Shown here: positions 1-11,397 of the stretch, piece by piece | How the letters are laid out: each line of letters starts with the position of its first letter | How positions within the stretch are numbered: the stretch's first letter is position 1 | Assembly (NCBI RefSeq): GCF_009914755.1 | Contig: NC_060944.1 | DNA length: 64,000 nucleotides | DNA from: the human T2T-CHM13v2.0 reference genome, Homo sapiens | Direction: 5' to 3' (one strand) | Notes under the pieces: generated by a model | The model's input: the letters and a program-made list of their open reading frames with translations, nothing else | What the model was told of the DNA's origin: nothing | The model's database searches: none | Made by a program: the position numbers and the translations under genes

Positions 1-217
1 GTCAGATAACTGCAAATTAAAGGTTCATTTTAGGACCTTCATTGTAAGTAGTTTTTGACTTAAAGTGGTAAATATTTCATATTTTTTGGGGGTCAACCTT
101 TACTTACTTTAAATCCAAATTTCTCTGATTAGATATGACTTTAAATACAGAATCTACATCTGTTTTTTTAGCCTAGGCTATTTCGTTCAATCTTTTTTTG
201 TTTTTGTTTTTTTCCAG
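1..217 (+). other. OTOR: 3' part of the last OTOR intron with acceptor
   Basis: T-rich tract 191-213 followed by CCAG at 214-217. Confidence 0.85.
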
Positions 218-241
218 GATATTGACTTCTTCTGCGAGTAA
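218..241 (+). CDS. OTOR: Last coding exon of otoraplin (C-terminal DIDFFCE*)
   Basis: A long polypyrimidine tract and CAG acceptor (AG 216-217) precede GAT ATT GAC TTC TTC TGC GAG TAA. This matches the remembered human otoraplin C-terminus (...EVPTT/DIDFFCE). Upstream exons lie outside the window. Confidence 0.92.
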   Translation, partial: DIDFFCE

Positions 242-1290
242 TAAATTAGTTAAAACTGCAAATAGAAAGAAAACACCAAAAATAAAGAAAAGAGCAAAAG
301 TGGCCAAAAAATGCATGTCTGTAATTTTGGACTGACGTTTTAAGAATTTGTTACCTTACAGAAGAGCAAGGGCTTAGGGGTTGGAGGTGGCAGATAAAAG
401 AGGATTTTCAACTCAAATCTTGTTTCCTGCTGGCCTGGTCTGCCCACGAGCTAGAGCGGGGAAATGTTGAGCTCAAATGGGTAAATTGAGACCAGAAAAT
501 TATTTTTTCAACCTAGAGAATCTCCTCTTACAGGGGGATGCATATAACAGATCATGTATGTGTAGTTATTTCTAAGTAGTAATTCTTCCCAGCTCTTTGA
601 TTTGCCATATATAAAATAGGTGGGTCGTATGTCTTCCCTTTAGACATGATGTTTTCTACTCATTTGTCTCTCTGGCCAATTGAATTATTAATAAAAGGTC
701 TGTATTATCAAAGAGTATTCTAGTATTTTTGTTACTTTTAATATTTGATGCCTTTTGGAGGTAAAGCTGTTGGGGGAAGAAGAGTTTTTGGACCCATAGA
801 TGTTTGGATGATGTCTCTAATTTGTCATTTAGAAAAATCTCAAAAATGATTTCAGTTGAATAACTTGCCTTCTAAATGATCAATTTACTTCTCCCCCAAT
901 TTTAAAGAAGTATGTGTATATTTAATAGGGGAAGGTAGTTTATGGAAATATTTTTAATGGAATAGTTTTCCCTTAATATGTATCCTTGCTGGATATTATT
1001 CAAGCTGCAAGTCATCAAAAGACCCAGAAAAAAAAAAGTCTGTAGGTTATTTTCTCTACTTCTATTTCAACTTTGAATTTCCTCTTCCTGTGCAAATTCC
1101 TCTAGTCAAGTGTGATATATCAAGAAATCTGAGGAGGATGCAGGTTTTGTGGTCCTGATGGGCCCACAAGTTTTTCTATATTTAACTGGAAATATGCTTT
1201 GATTTTGTGTTATTAATATAATTCTTTTGATGTAGTCATGAGTTTTTCTTTGTTTGCATATAATTAAAATGCCTCTACTTAATGTCACAA
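242..1290 (+). other. OTOR: OTOR 3' UTR (approximate end)
   Basis: AT-rich non-repetitive sequence after the stop. ATTAAA at 1263-1268 is followed by a CA near 1288 and a T-rich downstream tract. A proximal AATAAA lies at 690-695. Confidence 0.65.
690..740 (+). terminator. Candidate proximal polyadenylation site
   Basis: AATAAA 690-695, CA at ~709-710, downstream T/GT-rich tract (tatttttgttacttttt). Confidence 0.5.
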
Positions 1291-1305
1291 TTCTGAGTTT
1301 TTTCT
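1263..1305 (+). terminator. Candidate distal polyadenylation site
   Basis: ATTAAA 1263-1268, CA about 20 nt downstream, then gagttttttt. Confidence 0.5.
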
Positions 1306-1964
1306 AAAACATTTTTCACCTTAGAGAATGAAAGTGTGGGGGAGTTGGGAATGAAGCTTGTTTTTCAGTTCTCTGTGATCTGGACATCCCCTAAGCATGA
1401 AGAAGAGAGCAGAAGAGGGCATTTAGGGTGAGCCACAGACTTGGCCCAGGGTCATTTTTTAGCTCTGTCAGCTGTGATTTTGGGTGAATATCTTTTTACC
1501 AAATTCTTATGTAGGTCGGTCAAGTAAAGTACCAAAATGCAAAACACAATAAAATAAAATACCAATGTTTATTTGTTTCTATTTTACTTTATTCCAAAGA
1601 GGTTTCAAGTAGCATCTAGGGCTCTCGACACAACTTTAGACTAAGAGGTATTTATCCTACTTCTGCTTCTATCTGCCTCTCACTTCCTGGCCTTTCCATT
1701 CCAGAAACACCCAGAACACCTGAGGTGCCCAGCACCCCCATTGCTCCCACCTGGCCTTAGGCACACAGCTTCACTCCCCATGCATGGGGCTTCCAGGGCA
1801 GAACTCCCTCCTTAACTCAGTCAGCTCCAACCCATCAAAACTGAGCTCATCCAGGAGTTGGAAGGTCATTGACTGATTTCTATCTTCTGGGGCCTATCTG
1901 CATTAAAAGAAAGCAAGCACTTGCAGGACTTTAAACATTCATCTGTCCTCTAAAAATGCAAATG

Positions 1965-2119
1965 GCCAACCCTGGACCAGCAGCAGCAGCAGGTGGTCCT
2001 CACCTGGGAGCTGGTTAGCAGGCAGAATCTCTGCCCACTGCATGCCTTCTGTGTCAAAATATGCATTTTTAACAATAACTCAGGGGGTTCCTGTGCTCAT
2101 TAAAGATTGAGAAACACTG
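1965..2119. mobile_element. MER5-type hAT-Charlie MITE
   Basis: cagcagcagc...cacctgggagctggttag...tgcatttttaacaa... ending in the TIR-like ttgagaaacactg. Confidence 0.7.
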
Positions 2120-3208
2120 ATTTTAGTTCCCTCTACTCATCTTACAGAAAAAGAAATAAACAAAAGGCTAGAGTATATAGGAGATACAGCAACTCTCTCC
2201 AAATTAAACAACAGGATTGCAACATTCCTATCAGTACTTTCCCAACCCTATCACAGCACTGTCTTGATTCTCCACTGATGTCTACCCAGAGAAAAGGGGG
2301 CAGAATGGTGCCAGGGTGAGAGTTTGTGGGCAGTGAGGCCTTTGGGACTCCTTTCCATTTGATGAATTGTTTTTCTCCCTTTCCCACTAAGAGAAAGGGC
2401 ATCTTCACACCTCTAAAAGGTTGTCAACTGTTAACATAAAAAGAATTTTAGTCTAACCCTAACTTGTAGGCTTCCTTGATACCCCAAGCTAAATGATATA
2501 TATCTATATCTCTCTCTATTTATCTATATTAAATACGTATATATTTTAAGCAGCCCAAGTCTTTGCCTTAGTTTATTAATCATGTACCAGGTAGTTGGGC
2601 CTGGCCACTTGAGTACCTGTGACCCAGCTCCATTGTGGAGAGTCCCCAGCTACGCAAACTCATTCTGTTTTAGCCAAGATTAAACAGAACAAGGGCGCTG
2701 CTACTGTTTATCTTTTAGTCTAAAGATAGTTAATTTCGTGTAGGAAGGGCTTAAGTTTTACTATGCAGCTCGTCCTGCCTCCTTGTGGGAGAGAAAGAAG
2801 ACATTTAATCCTCCATCTCTGACCTCACAGAGTATGGGAAGTAAGACATCTACCTATAGAAGAATAAAGAACCATTGCAGAGCAGTGGATGTGGGGAGGA
2901 AAGGCAGGTAGGTTTCATAAGCCAGCTAGGGGCAAGTGGTAGACTTTGCCTACAGCAGAGCCCTTGCAAGGCATTACCAGGGCAGGATGAGGCAAGTTAA
3001 GAAACTGATCAGAGGTGAGAGGAGTCAGGGCATGGCACATGATAGTTGGCAACAAAATGAAATCATGTTGAAAGGAAATGCGTTGGGTGGCACTGGTGGC
3101 TCAGAAAAGCGAGGTGACGATAAAAGATCCCAGGGCATCTTGGAGCTTTAAAATAACTGGGCTGCCGTTTTCTAGCTGTGTATACTTAGATAAGGTTCTG
3201 ACTATAAC

Positions 3209-3557
3209 TGCAGGACCAGCCCAAACCGGACCCACTCTGTCGATAACAAAATGTTGAGTTGTCTTTTAAGTATAACAGAGCCCAAAACTGCAAGTCCTAT
3301 TGCCTAGGCCTGCACAATACAAAAAGCTTTGACCTCTAACAATACTCAAAACCAACAAATCCTCCCTTTGGAGCCAAGAAGACCAGGACAGGACTGGAAC
3401 ATGAATGCCAGAACACTTTCAGAAGTGAGGGGTCTGTTGGCCCTAAAGATCTGGGGTTAAAATCCTCCTTAACATACCTTTCTGTAAATGGTAAAATTTA
3501 AAGCCCTCCAATCAGACCCAGCCAAGCCAACATTCCCAAATCCTTTCTCTTGCCCAC
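3209..3557 (+). mobile_element. 5' part of an ERV LTR (LTR47-like)
   Basis: Starts TG(C)AGGACCAGCCCAAAC...GATAACAAAATGT...TATAACAGAGCCCAAAACTGCAAGTC. The 3' part is not seen. Confidence 0.55.
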
Positions 3558-4106
3558 TGTGATGGTTAATATTGAGTGTCAACTTGATTGGATTGAAGGG
3601 TGCAAAGTATTGTTCCTGGGTGTGTCTGCGAGAGTGTTGCCAAAGGAGATTAACATTTGAGTCAGTGGACTGGGAGAGGCAGACCCACCTTCAATCTGGG
3701 TGGGCACCATCTAATCAGCTGCCAGCATGGCTAGGATAAAAACAGGCAGAGGAACATGGAAGGACTAGACTGGCTGAATATTCCGGCTTTCATCTTTCTC
3801 TTGTGCTGGATGCTTCCTGCCGTCGAATGTTGGGCTCCAAGATCTTCAGCTTTTGAACTCTTAGACTTACACAAGTGGTTTGCCAAGGGCTCTTGGGCCA
3901 TCGGCCACAGACCGAAGACTGCACTGTCGGCTTCCCTACTTTTGAGGTTTTGGGACTCAAACTGGCTTTCTTGCTCCTCAGCTTGTAGATGGCCTATTGT
4001 GGGACTTCACTTTGTGATCACGTGTGCCAATTCTCCTAGTAAACTCCCCTTCATATACACATATACCCTATTAGTTCTGTCTTTTTAGAGAACCCTGACT
4101 AATATA
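3558..4106 (+). mobile_element. MLT2A (MLT2A2-length) HERV-L solo LTR
   Basis: TGTGATGGTTAATATTGAGTGTCAACTTGATTGGATTGAAGG...GAGAACCCTGACTAATA(T)A, 549 bp, with 5-bp direct flanks CCCAC (3553-3557 and 4107-4111). Confidence 0.92.
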
Positions 4107-4111
4107 CCCAC

Positions 4112-5762
4112 TGGCCCCCAGAATCTCATGTTCTTCTCACATTGCAAAATACAATAATCCCTTCTCAACAGTCTCCCCAAATTTTAACTCATCCCAATAT
4201 TAACTCAAAGTCCAAAGCCCAAAGTCTCATCTGAGACTCAGGCCACATTCCTCCCATCTATGAGCCTGTAACATTAAAAAAAAAATTATTTACTTCCAAG
4301 CTACAACGGTGGTACAGGCATTTGGTAAAAATTCCCATTCTCAGAGGGAGAAATAGGCCAAAAGAAGAAGGCAGCAGACCCTACACAATTTTAAAACTCA
4401 GTAGGGCAGACTTTCAACCTTAAAGCTCCAAAATAATCCTTGACTCCATGTCCTGTATCCAAGGCACACTGGTGCCAGGGGTGGGCTCTCAAGGCCTTGG
4501 GCAGCTCCACCCCTGTGGTTTTGCAGGGTATAGCCCCCATGGATGCTTTCATGGGTTGAAGTTGAGTGCCTGTGGCTTTTTCAGGCTCAAGGTGCAAGCT
4601 GCTGTTGGCTCTATCACTCTGGGGTCTGGAGGGTGGTGGCCCCATTCCCACAGCTCCACTAGGCAGTGCTCCAGTAAGGACTCTGTGTGGGAGCTCCAAC
4701 CCCATATCTCCTCTCAGCACTGCCCTAGTAGAGTTTCTCTGTGGGGCTCTGGTACTCCTGCAGCAGGCTTCTACCTGACCACCCAGGCTTTCTAGTAAAT
4801 CCTTTAAAATCCAGGTAGAATCTCCCAAGCTTCCTTCACTCTTTTGCTCTGTGTATCTGTAAGCTTAATACCACATAGAAGCCACTAAGGCTTACAGCTT
4901 ATGTCTTCTGGAGCAACAGCCCAAGCTGTATCTGGAGCCTTCTGAGCTGCAACTGGAGCTGGAGGAGCCAAGGTGCAGGCAGCAGCATCCTGAGGTGGCA
5001 CAAGGCAGCAGTACCCTGGGCAAGGCCTCTGAAACCATTCTTTTTTCCTCCTAGGCCTCTGGGCCTGTGATGGGAAGGGCTGCCTCAAAGGTTCCTGAAA
5101 AGCCTTCAAGACTTTTTGCCTGTTGCCTTGACTATTAGCATTTGACTCCCTTTTAGTCATGCAATTCACTCTAGCAAGGGTTGCTTCCCAGCCTGCTTGG
5201 ATTCCTTTCCTGAAAATGCTTGTTCCTTCTTTAAGAAATGGCCAGGCTGCAAATACTCCAAATTTCTACGTTCTACTTTCCTTTTAGTTATAAGTTCCAA
5301 CTTTAAGTCAGTATTTTGCTTCCATCTGTGATTGCAGGTTGGTAGATATGGCAGCCATGCCATATCTTGAATGCTTTGCTGCTTAGCGATGTCTTCTGCC
5401 ACGTACACCCTAGGTCATCATTTTTGAGTTTACTCTTCCACAAATCCCTAGGACATGGACACAGTGCAGCCAACTTCTTTGCTGGGATGTAACACAGATG
5501 TAACCTTTGCTCCAGTTCCCACTAAATTCCTAATTTCCATCTGAGACCTTGTCAGTTTGGCCTTCGCTGTCCATATTTCTATCTACATTTTGGTCAGAAC
5601 TATTTAACCAGTATCCAAGAAGTTCTAAATTTTCTCTCATCTTCCTGTCTTCATCTGAGCCCTCCAAACTCTACCAATCTCTGCCTGTTACCCAGTTCCA
5701 AAGCCACTTCCACATTTTCAGGTATTTTTATAGCAATTCCAGACTCCTTGGTACCAATTTGC
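4112..5762 (-). mobile_element. MST-type MaLR internal region (3' LTR missing)
   Basis: Minus-strand ORF fragments (LELPHRVLTGALPSGAVG, LKLELITKRKVE) are homologous to the MaLR internal region at 22535-24792. Confidence 0.88.
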
Positions 5763-6189
5763 TGTGTTAGTCCATTTTGCATTGCTATAAAGAAGTATCG
5801 GAGACTGGATAATTCATAAAGAAAAGAGGTTTTTTTGGCTCCTGATTCTGCAGGCTATATAGGAAGCATGGCACTGGCATCTGCTTGGCTTCTGGTGAGG
5901 CCTCAAGAAGCTGGTACTCAGGTGGAAAGTGAAAGGAGGGCAAGCATGTCATACAGCCAGAGAGGGAGCAAGAGAGAGGAGAGGGGAGGAGGTGCCAGGC
6001 TTTTTAAAACAACCAGCTCTCACACAAACAAATAGAGCCAGAACTCACTCATTACCTTGGGGAGGGCACCAAGCCATTCATGAATAATCCACCCCCATGA
6101 CCCAAACACCTCCCACCAGGCCCCGCCTCCAACATTGTGGATTACATTTAAACATGAGATTTGGAGGGGACAAACATCAAACCATATCA
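5763..6189 (-). mobile_element. MSTB-like MaLR 5' LTR
   Basis: tgtgttagtccattttgcattgctataaag ... ggggacaaacatcaaaccatatca. Confidence 0.9.
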
Positions 6190-6543
6190 CCATCTTAGCA
6201 AGGATCACCATCTTAGCAAGGATGGTGATATGGTTTGGATGTTTGTCTTCTCCAAAGCTCATGTAACAACATCTCTGGGGGAAACAATCTCCAAAAGAGA
6301 GTTTCTCACCACAGTGTAAGCACCTTGAGTTTCCATAGCTTGATGACAATTGCTATGAGGACAGAAGTGTATTCTGTCCCTCTGCTTTCTTGATGCTAGA
6401 AGTCCAAGTCTCTGGTTAGAAATTTTGAACCTCACTCTGATAAGAGTCTTGTGCAAGATCCAAAGCACAGTGAAGACAGAATGCCTCCATAGACCACAAC
6501 AGGTGCCCATCTGGAGACTGAGGTACTGTGGCTTTTACTCCTT

Positions 6544-6932
6544 TGTATTAGTCTGTTCTCACGCTGTTAATAAAGGCATACCTGAGGCTGGGTAATACAT
6601 AAAGAAAAAAGGTTTAATTGACTCACAGTTTCACACGGCTGGGGAGGCCTCAGGAAGTTTACAATCATGGTGGAAGGGGAAGCAAACATGTCCTTTTTCA
6701 CATGGCAGCAGGAGAGAGAATGAGAGCCGAACAAAGGGGGAAGTCCCTTATAAAAGCCTTATAAAATCATCAGATCTCATGAGCTAGCGAGAACTCACTC
6801 ACTATCACAAGAACAGTATGGAGGAAACTGCCTCCATGATTCAATTATCTCCACCTAGTCCCGCCCTTGATGTGTGGGGATTATTACAATTCAAGGTGAG
6901 ATTTTGGGTGGGGACACAGCCGAACCATATCA
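6544..6932 (-). mobile_element. THE1 (C/D-like) MaLR solo LTR
   Basis: tgtattagtctgttctcac...gggtggggacacagccgaaccatatca, TSD tcctt/tcctc. Confidence 0.9.
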
Positions 6933-7189
6933 TCCTCTAAAAAAGTATACATGGGTGGGGGATGCATGCCAATGAGAAGTTTATTCTGGATAGATTACGA
7001 GATTGCGTGATTTTATATTGGATACAACTTTGTTAAGTAATCCTATAATAAATACGAGTGATTTGAATAGGCTATGTTTTACTGGTTTCCTTATATTACG
7101 TAAATGTCAGTGGAATACATGAAATGGGGATCATTATAGGTCTCAGAACTTCAGGAATTTTTCCACATTGTGAGGAATGATGGCTCAGG

Positions 7190-7370
7190 CTTCTTTTGTT
7201 TGTGGGACCATGTTCAACTAACCACTTGCTTACCAATTCACTTATCTAAAAAATGGGTAATGCCTTTGGAGGGTAACTATCTTTGGGATAATTGTGAGCA
7301 TTAAGTTAGATACTGTATGCAAAATCACCCAGCACACTACACAGTACACGGTTGTATGTAATAAATGGTA
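7190..7370 (+). mobile_element. MIR fragment
   Basis: Degenerate MIR core (cacttatctaaaaaatggg...ttgtgagcattaagttagat...gcaaaatcacccagcaca). Confidence 0.5.
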
Positions 7371-9914
7371 GTAAAATTAAACTTTAAAATGAGAGGGTTT
7401 TAAAACATTTTGAAATGTTTGAAGAACTAGACTTCTTTTTAGTGAATTAGAAGTATATCTTGAGCATCTTTTCCTTCTAGAACGCTCTTGCTTTTCTCCA
7501 CAGTTTTTTTCTGAAATGGTCTGCAAGGCATGTTACTAATACTTTGCATAACAGTGAAAACTCTCTTTCTCTCTCTCTCTCTGTTTCTTGACAAATGTTA
7601 TTCTTAATGTCTGGGTGGGCACTAGGCAAAAGAGATCAAACCAGGAAGGTCTTGTTCTCTTATATGCTCCCATGTTCCTACCTTAAGTCCTTCTCTCCCT
7701 CAGTCTCTTGGATCCTGGAATGAATAACATTGCAAATGGCAGGAGGCCATTCTACTCTCCCTGCTGTCCTACACCCAGCCAATGCTGACTTCACTCGACT
7801 TTAGCCAATTCTGTGAGCACTTGTCCTTGGGATGACTAATACAAAAGTGGCCAGTGATCCTTTTGAATAAAACATTTATAGTGCTGTAGAAATTATTAAT
7901 AATGACCTAGTTTATGGGTCTTTACATCTGCAGAACACCTCATTTTCAGTGTATGGGCTTTTGAGTTCCCTTTCTTGGCTACTTCATGGAAACAAACCTT
8001 CAGGAAATAGCAGGAAAGAGCAATTTAAGGCAGGGCTTCGATTACCTGCTGAAAGCCACTTAAGCTCCTCCCTGAAGACTGGGCAGCATATTGTTGCTGT
8101 AATAGCACTCCTTTTGTTAAAAGTTATATCTCTTTTTCAAGGGGCATGTGGTTGAAACTGCTACTTTTGCTTTCTGTAAAACTGTAAGAGGTAAGTCAGA
8201 AATCAGAATCCCCATCAGATATTAAGATTAGAAACCAATCCTTTAAATGCCTGGCCAGGAATTCATAAGATCCTTTCTGAAGCAGGCCTAGCAAGACTTT
8301 TTTCAGAATTGCTGTGTGAAATGGCAAAATGAAATGGAATAACTGAAGTAATTGTTGGAATTGTCAGTAGAGTTTTACCAGAAACATTTGGGTTATTGTA
8401 GTCACCATCCCCCTACAATCCCTCCTTCCCACTCCTGAACTGCTTTTGTGAAGACATAGTCTGTGTGAAAAATATTTGAGTCACAGATGACTTAGTTCAT
8501 TGTTCACAATGAACATTGTGACTAAATTTAGCAGCAGTTTTTGTGCAGTAAACTTTTAGAACACCATGGCGTATTTCCTAAGCTTAGAAGATGAGAGTGT
8601 CATTCTCTCTAGCATCACCCACTTCTGACCTCAGATAAATGGGGCCCATCACTGCTTCTAAGGTTTATTGGCTGAGGGGATGTGAATATCCTCAGGGATC
8701 AGGTTTAGTACAGGGAAATGTTTAGCTTATTCATGTAGTATTTAAACTAATCTCTGGAGGAAGTGGGTATTTCTGCTATGAGTGGAGAGAAGAAATAAGA
8801 TCAAATGCACTGGGAAAAAAATCTCATTTCTTCAACCATCATCCTCATCTATCTGAAAATGGTGGAAAAAATAAGAAAAAAGCTAATAATCTTCCTTATG
8901 ATACCACTGAAACACAATTTCACCACATAAAGGTCTTCTGGGCTGCATCCCCTGCAAATACCATAGTATATCAGTAACTTAATCAGAAAAATGATATATT
9001 GATCCACACACTTTATATAATCTACCCTCTATGTAATCTAGCCCATTATTAACAAAGAGAATGCTCCCTGTCTTTTGATTTAAATATTTTTCTAAATGGA
9101 AATTACTTTTCTGTCACACGTGAGCAATTGTTTTAATCATTTTTCTCAAGCGCACGCTATGCTAAAGTCAGCATGTTGTGGGGGTAAAAAATTAGGGTAG
9201 TGCTGCTAATACCCCACCAATTCTCCCTCCTTCCATCTCTTCCAACTCTCCCTCCCTTTTCTCTATTCACTTCAGCTTATGAATTTACAATGGCCAAATG
9301 AATCAGTTGAGATGAGAATGCTGATTTGCTTGAGCAATGCTATGTTGAACTGGGAAAAAAAAAATAAAAAGCCAATGTTGGGGCTTAGGTTTCTACAAAC
9401 CAAAGGCAGAAATCCTGAGTCACAGCCAGGTTTTTCCCCCGTGAAACACCCACCCAGGTGTGCACCCTACCCTCTCACTGGATCCATTCATGGCTTGTCA
9501 GATCTCTTCCAGCTCCTTCGCCTCCCTTGCCCCTCATGACTCTGAAATAATTTAAGGATCTTTTTATCTGCTCCTAGATCTTTCCCTGGGCTTTAAATTA
9601 CTACTCTTAGTGCTGCTACAAATGGATTAGCAGACAGATTCAAGCCTGGATTCCCAGGAACCGCAAGCAGACACATAGGTTTCTGCAAACCACTTTAGCC
9701 AATGTTGCGATGGACAGACACGGAGAGGTCAGCTGAGCCTGCTGAGGCCCAGGAATAGACTTGCAATACCGGTCTGTCCTGCAGGAAAATGCCAAGGGGC
9801 ACGGAGGCTACTCTAGGTAATATGTGTTCCCAAATCCCACGGTTACCTGAAGCAGCCAGGTAGACGACCATGGGGGAAAAAAATCAAAAGTTTTGAGCAT
9901 CAAGTTTAAACCAG

Positions 9915-10350
9915 TGTCTTGGGTCAGATTCCCCAGAAGCAGACCCTGTAATGAGGATTTACGTACAATGATTTGTCAAATAATGACTCCCAGGGAAAAT
10001 AGGTAAGGCAGAGAGGGACTGCAGGACACGGAAGGGGAGGAATCTCAGACAAGCTGCAATCTCAGGCAAGGTCCTACAGTGGCTGGTTGGTGCCTGATCC
10101 CACAGGGGCCTCTGGGAGCTGGAAAGTTACATCTCAGAGTTGCCTGGACCTAAGGAGAGGAAGCTGAGCTTTCTTGTGGCCTGTCAGTTATGGATTCAGG
10201 GTTTTGGTGAGAAAGCATAATTTTTAGGCAGTTTTGCATATAGATAAAGAGGTCTCAAGGCAGCTGGAAGTTCTGGCATTGGCAATAAATACCACTGAAG
10301 CCAGGAGGTGTGTGAAAACACTACAATGGCATTCAAGGGCATTTGGGTGT
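9915..10350 (-). mobile_element. LTR16-type ERVL LTR
   Basis: Starts with the reverse complement of the LTR16-type terminus (tgtcttgggtcagattccccagaagcagaccctg...aggattt). Confidence 0.6.
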
Positions 10351-11159
10351 TGCATTGACTTTACTAGCTCCGCCCAAGGTGGCTTTTCATTTCATTTCAT
10401 TTCGTCCTTTCACAATCTAGTCCCTGCCACAACCTCTGTGGGTCGGGTCGCTAATACAGCCTCACATTTTCTCCTTGATTTGCTTCTGCTGAAACTTTCT
10501 GCTGTGCAAGTTAGTCTTAAGTGAGAAGCTTTGGTGGGACAAGGATGACCTCCAGTGGTCAGTTTGAGATCTGGCATCCAGAGAGACATTTCTGGACTAG
10601 AATCAACAACCCAGGGTGTGAGTGGTTCTCAACAGCATTTGGAATTGTCACTGTCAGGGCTGCCTTCTCAGGTACTCTCCATACTCCCCCTCACTCCCAG
10701 CACACACGAATTTAAAATCTGCTTGACACATGGCATAGATATGGGTATTAATATGCCTTTATTGCTAACCTTATAGTCACTTTGATTGATTCTGAAAATA
10801 CACATACTAGGGGAAAGCTGACATTTCACTTTCAAACCTACTTGTATGTTTGTTTTGATATGGAGCCCTGCAGAGTTTGTAGATAGTTTTAGTTGATTTA
10901 ATCCATTTATAGAAAAGCAGCAATAGCACCTTGAGCTCAGAGAGTAGAAACTTCCTAGAAAACAATTAACACAACCTGTAGTTCCCTCCAGGGGCACCAT
11001 GGGGTGGCTGGAAGGCACAGAACCTGGTGTCTCAAGTCATTCACTCTAGGAGCAGGAATTTGAAGCCAGATAACCTGGCTTCAAGACCCACAACCTGTCC
11101 ACAACACCCTGCCAGAATATGATTAAACAAACGTAAATCTGGGTTTCTACTTCGTCTAA

Positions 11160-11397
11160 CAGGGTGGTTCTCAACTCAGGGCTACTTTGACCTCTCATTC
11201 CTCCCCTCTTCCCCTCTCCCCAGGGTCATTTGGTGATGTCCAAGGACATTTTTGCTTGTTCCAACTGAAGGGGATCACTACTGGCATCTAGTGGGTAAAG
11301 GCCAAGGATGTTGCTAAACAACCTACAAGCACAATACAGCTCCTCACAAAGAATAATCAGGACCCAAACGACAATGTGCCAAGGTTAGGAAACCCTA
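11160..11397 (+). mobile_element. MER20 hAT-Charlie MITE
   Basis: cagggtggttctcaac...ctactggcatctagtgggtaaaggccaaggatgttgctaaaca...gccaaggttaggaaaccct. Confidence 0.85.

Noticed and set aside
219-335. Alternative frame of the terminal exon giving a basic, small-GTPase-like tail (ILTSSASNKLVKTANRKKTPKIKKRAKVAKKCMSVILD*)
   Set aside because: There is no terminal CAAX, the lysine richness comes from A-rich UTR sequence, and the phase-0 frame matches the OTOR C-terminus exactly.
4391-5408. Cluster of minus-strand ORFs as a novel gene
   Set aside because: They are MaLR internal-region remnants, homologous to 22630-24623.
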